A DNA stretch of 64,000 bases from Heterodontus francisci (lineage: Eukaryota), in the NCBI RefSeq assembly GCF_036365525.1, contig NC_090419.1:13206001-13270000 (forward strand). Direction: 5' to 3'. The notes below the pieces were generated by a model. It saw nothing but the letters and a program-made list of their open reading frames with translations. It had not been told where the DNA came from and searched no databases. Each line of letters opens with the position of its first letter. Positions within the stretch are counted from its first letter, which is position 1. Of the stretch, positions 62,001-64,000 are shown one piece after another. A program made the position numbers and the translations under genes.

Positions 62001-64000
62001 TATATAGAATAACAGATACCCGTGTGTGAGTTACAGACTGGAATCGAGAGGTTTGGGGTGTTTATATATTGAATAACAGATGCTCGGGAATCAGTTGCAG
62101 ACTGGAATCTAATCAAGGGGTTCGGGTGGTTTATAGATAGAATAACAGAAATCTGGGAGTTAGTTACAGACGGGAATCTAATCGAGGGGTTCGGGGGGTT
62201 TATACGTAGAATGACATATACCCGGGGGTGAGTTACAGGCTGGAATCTAATCGAGGGGTTCTGGGTGTGTTTATATATCGAGTAACAGATACCCGGGAGT
62301 GAGTTACAGGCTGGAATCTAATCGAGGGGTTCTGGGTGTGTTTATATATCGAGTAACAGATACCCGGGACTGAGTTACAGACTGGAATCTAATCGAGGGG
62401 TTTGGGTCGTTTATAGATGGAATAACAGATACCCGGGAGTGAGTTACAAACTGGAATCTAATCGAGGGGTTCGTAGGGTTTATATATAGAATAACAGATA
62501 CCCGGGAGTGAGTTGCAGACTGGAATCCAATCGTGGGTTTTGGGTCGTTTATAGATGGAGTAACAGATACCCGGGAGTGAGTTACAAACTGGAATTAAAT
62601 CGAGGGGTTCAGGGGTTAATATATAGAATAACAGATATCTGGGAGTGAGTTACAGACTGGATTCTAATCGAGGGGTTCAGGGGTTAATATATAGAATAAC
62701 AGATATCTGGGAGTGAGTTACAGATGGAATCTAATGGGAGGGTTCAAGGGGGTTATGTATAGAATAACAGAAACCTGGGAGTGAGTTACAAGCTGGAACC
62801 TAATCGAAGGGTTCGGGGATCTATATATAGAATAACAGATACCCAGGAGTGAGTTACAGACTGGAATCTAATGGAGGGGTTCGGTGGGGTTTATCTACAG
62901 AATAACAGAAACCCGGGTGTGAGTTGCAGACTGGAATCTAATCGGGGTGTTCTGGTGATTTATAGATGGAATAACAGATACCCGGGAGTGAGTTACAGAC
63001 TGGAATCTAATCGGGGTGTTCCGGTGGTTTATATATAGAATAACAGATACCCGGGAGTGAGTTACAGACTGGAACCTAATCGAGGGTTTCGGCGGGGTTT
63101 ATATATAGAATATCAGATACCCGGGAGTGAGTTACAGACTGGAATCTAATCGAAGGGTTCGGGGGGGTTTATATATAGAATAACAGATACCCGGGAGTGA
63201 GTTACAGACTGGAATCTAATCGAGAGGTTCGTGGGTTTATATATAGAATAACAGATACCCGTGTGTGAGTTACAGACTGGAATCGAGGGGTTTGGGGTGT
63301 TTATATGTTGAGTAACAGATGCTCGGGAATCAGTTACAGACCGGAATCTAATCAAGGGGTTCGGGTGGTTTATATATAGATTAACAGATACCTGGGAGTG
63401 AGTTACAGACTGGAATCTAATCGAGGGGTTCCGGTGGTTTATATATAGATTAACAGATACCTGGGAGTGAGTTACAGACTGGAATCTAATCGAGGGGTTC
63501 GGGGGGTTTATATATAGATTAACAGATACCCGGGAGTGAGTTACAGACTGGAATCAAATCGTGGGGTTCGGGGGGTTTATATATAGATTAACAGATACCC
63601 GGGAGTGAGTTACAGACTGGAATCTAATCGAGGGGCTCCGGTGCTTTATAGATAGAATAACAGATACCCGGGAGTGAGTTACAGACTGGAATCTAATCGA
63701 GGGGTTCCGGTGCTTTATAGATAGAATAACAGATACCCGGGAGTGAGTTACAGACTGGAATCTAATTGAGGGGTTCCGGTGGTTTATATATAGATTAACA
63801 GATACCCGGGAGTGAGTTACAGACTGGAATCTAATCGAGGTGTTTATATATAGAATAACAGATACCCGGGAGTGAGTTACAGACTGGAATCTAATCGAGG
63901 GGTTTATATATAGAATAACAGATACCCGGGAGTGAGTTACAGACTGGAATCTAATCGAGGGGTTCGGGGGTTTATATATAGAATAACAGATACCCGGGAG
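53065..64000. repeat. ~69-bp-unit satellite array (~11 kb, runs off the window end)
   Basis: Unit gaataacagatacccgggagtgagttacagactggaatctaatcgaggggttcggggggtttatatata. Confidence 0.98.
54586..54723. mobile_element. Short Penelope-derived insertion inside the satellite
   Basis: aaatgctgga...tttccagcat inverted ends. A 16-bp TSD TAACAGATACCAGGGA lies at 54570-54585 and 54724-54739. Confidence 0.7.

Noticed and set aside
53065-64000. CRISPR-like or coding interpretation of the regular repeats
   Set aside because: There are no unique spacers and no cas genes, the context is eukaryotic, and the short ORFs are repeat translations.

Overview
This is repeat-rich vertebrate genomic DNA, most likely from a shark or other elasmobranch (inferred from HE1-type V-SINEs, CR1/L2/Penelope repeats and a W-category-like MHC gene). 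The ORF track misses the spliced genes, so I assembled them by hand from GT-AG junctions and exon phases. (1) A divergent MHC pair: a signal-peptide exon on the minus strand (2625-2544; the rest lies left of the window) and a complete 5-exon, 255-aa alpha-chain gene on the plus strand (4026-10228). The alpha chain has class II-alpha architecture but a beta2-microglobulin-like C1 domain, which fits MHC W-category WA with a probable WB partner. (2) A decayed MHC beta-type gene on the minus strand (C1 exon 23925-23661, TM exon 15565-15455) with a near-intact Tx1-clade retrotransposon (15870-22600) in its intron. (3) A 6-exon, 210-aa SIT1-like lymphocyte transmembrane adaptor (26524-35932). (4) TSR2 (50173-44447, 190 aa). 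(5) An ~11-kb, ~69-bp-unit satellite running off the right end. The most novel-looking signal is that three Tx1 copies, plus one bare poly(A) scar, join the same position of a dispersed 70-bp tandem repeat in the same orientation, suggesting a retrotransposon that targets this repeat. Family names come from recall of the families, not from database searches.
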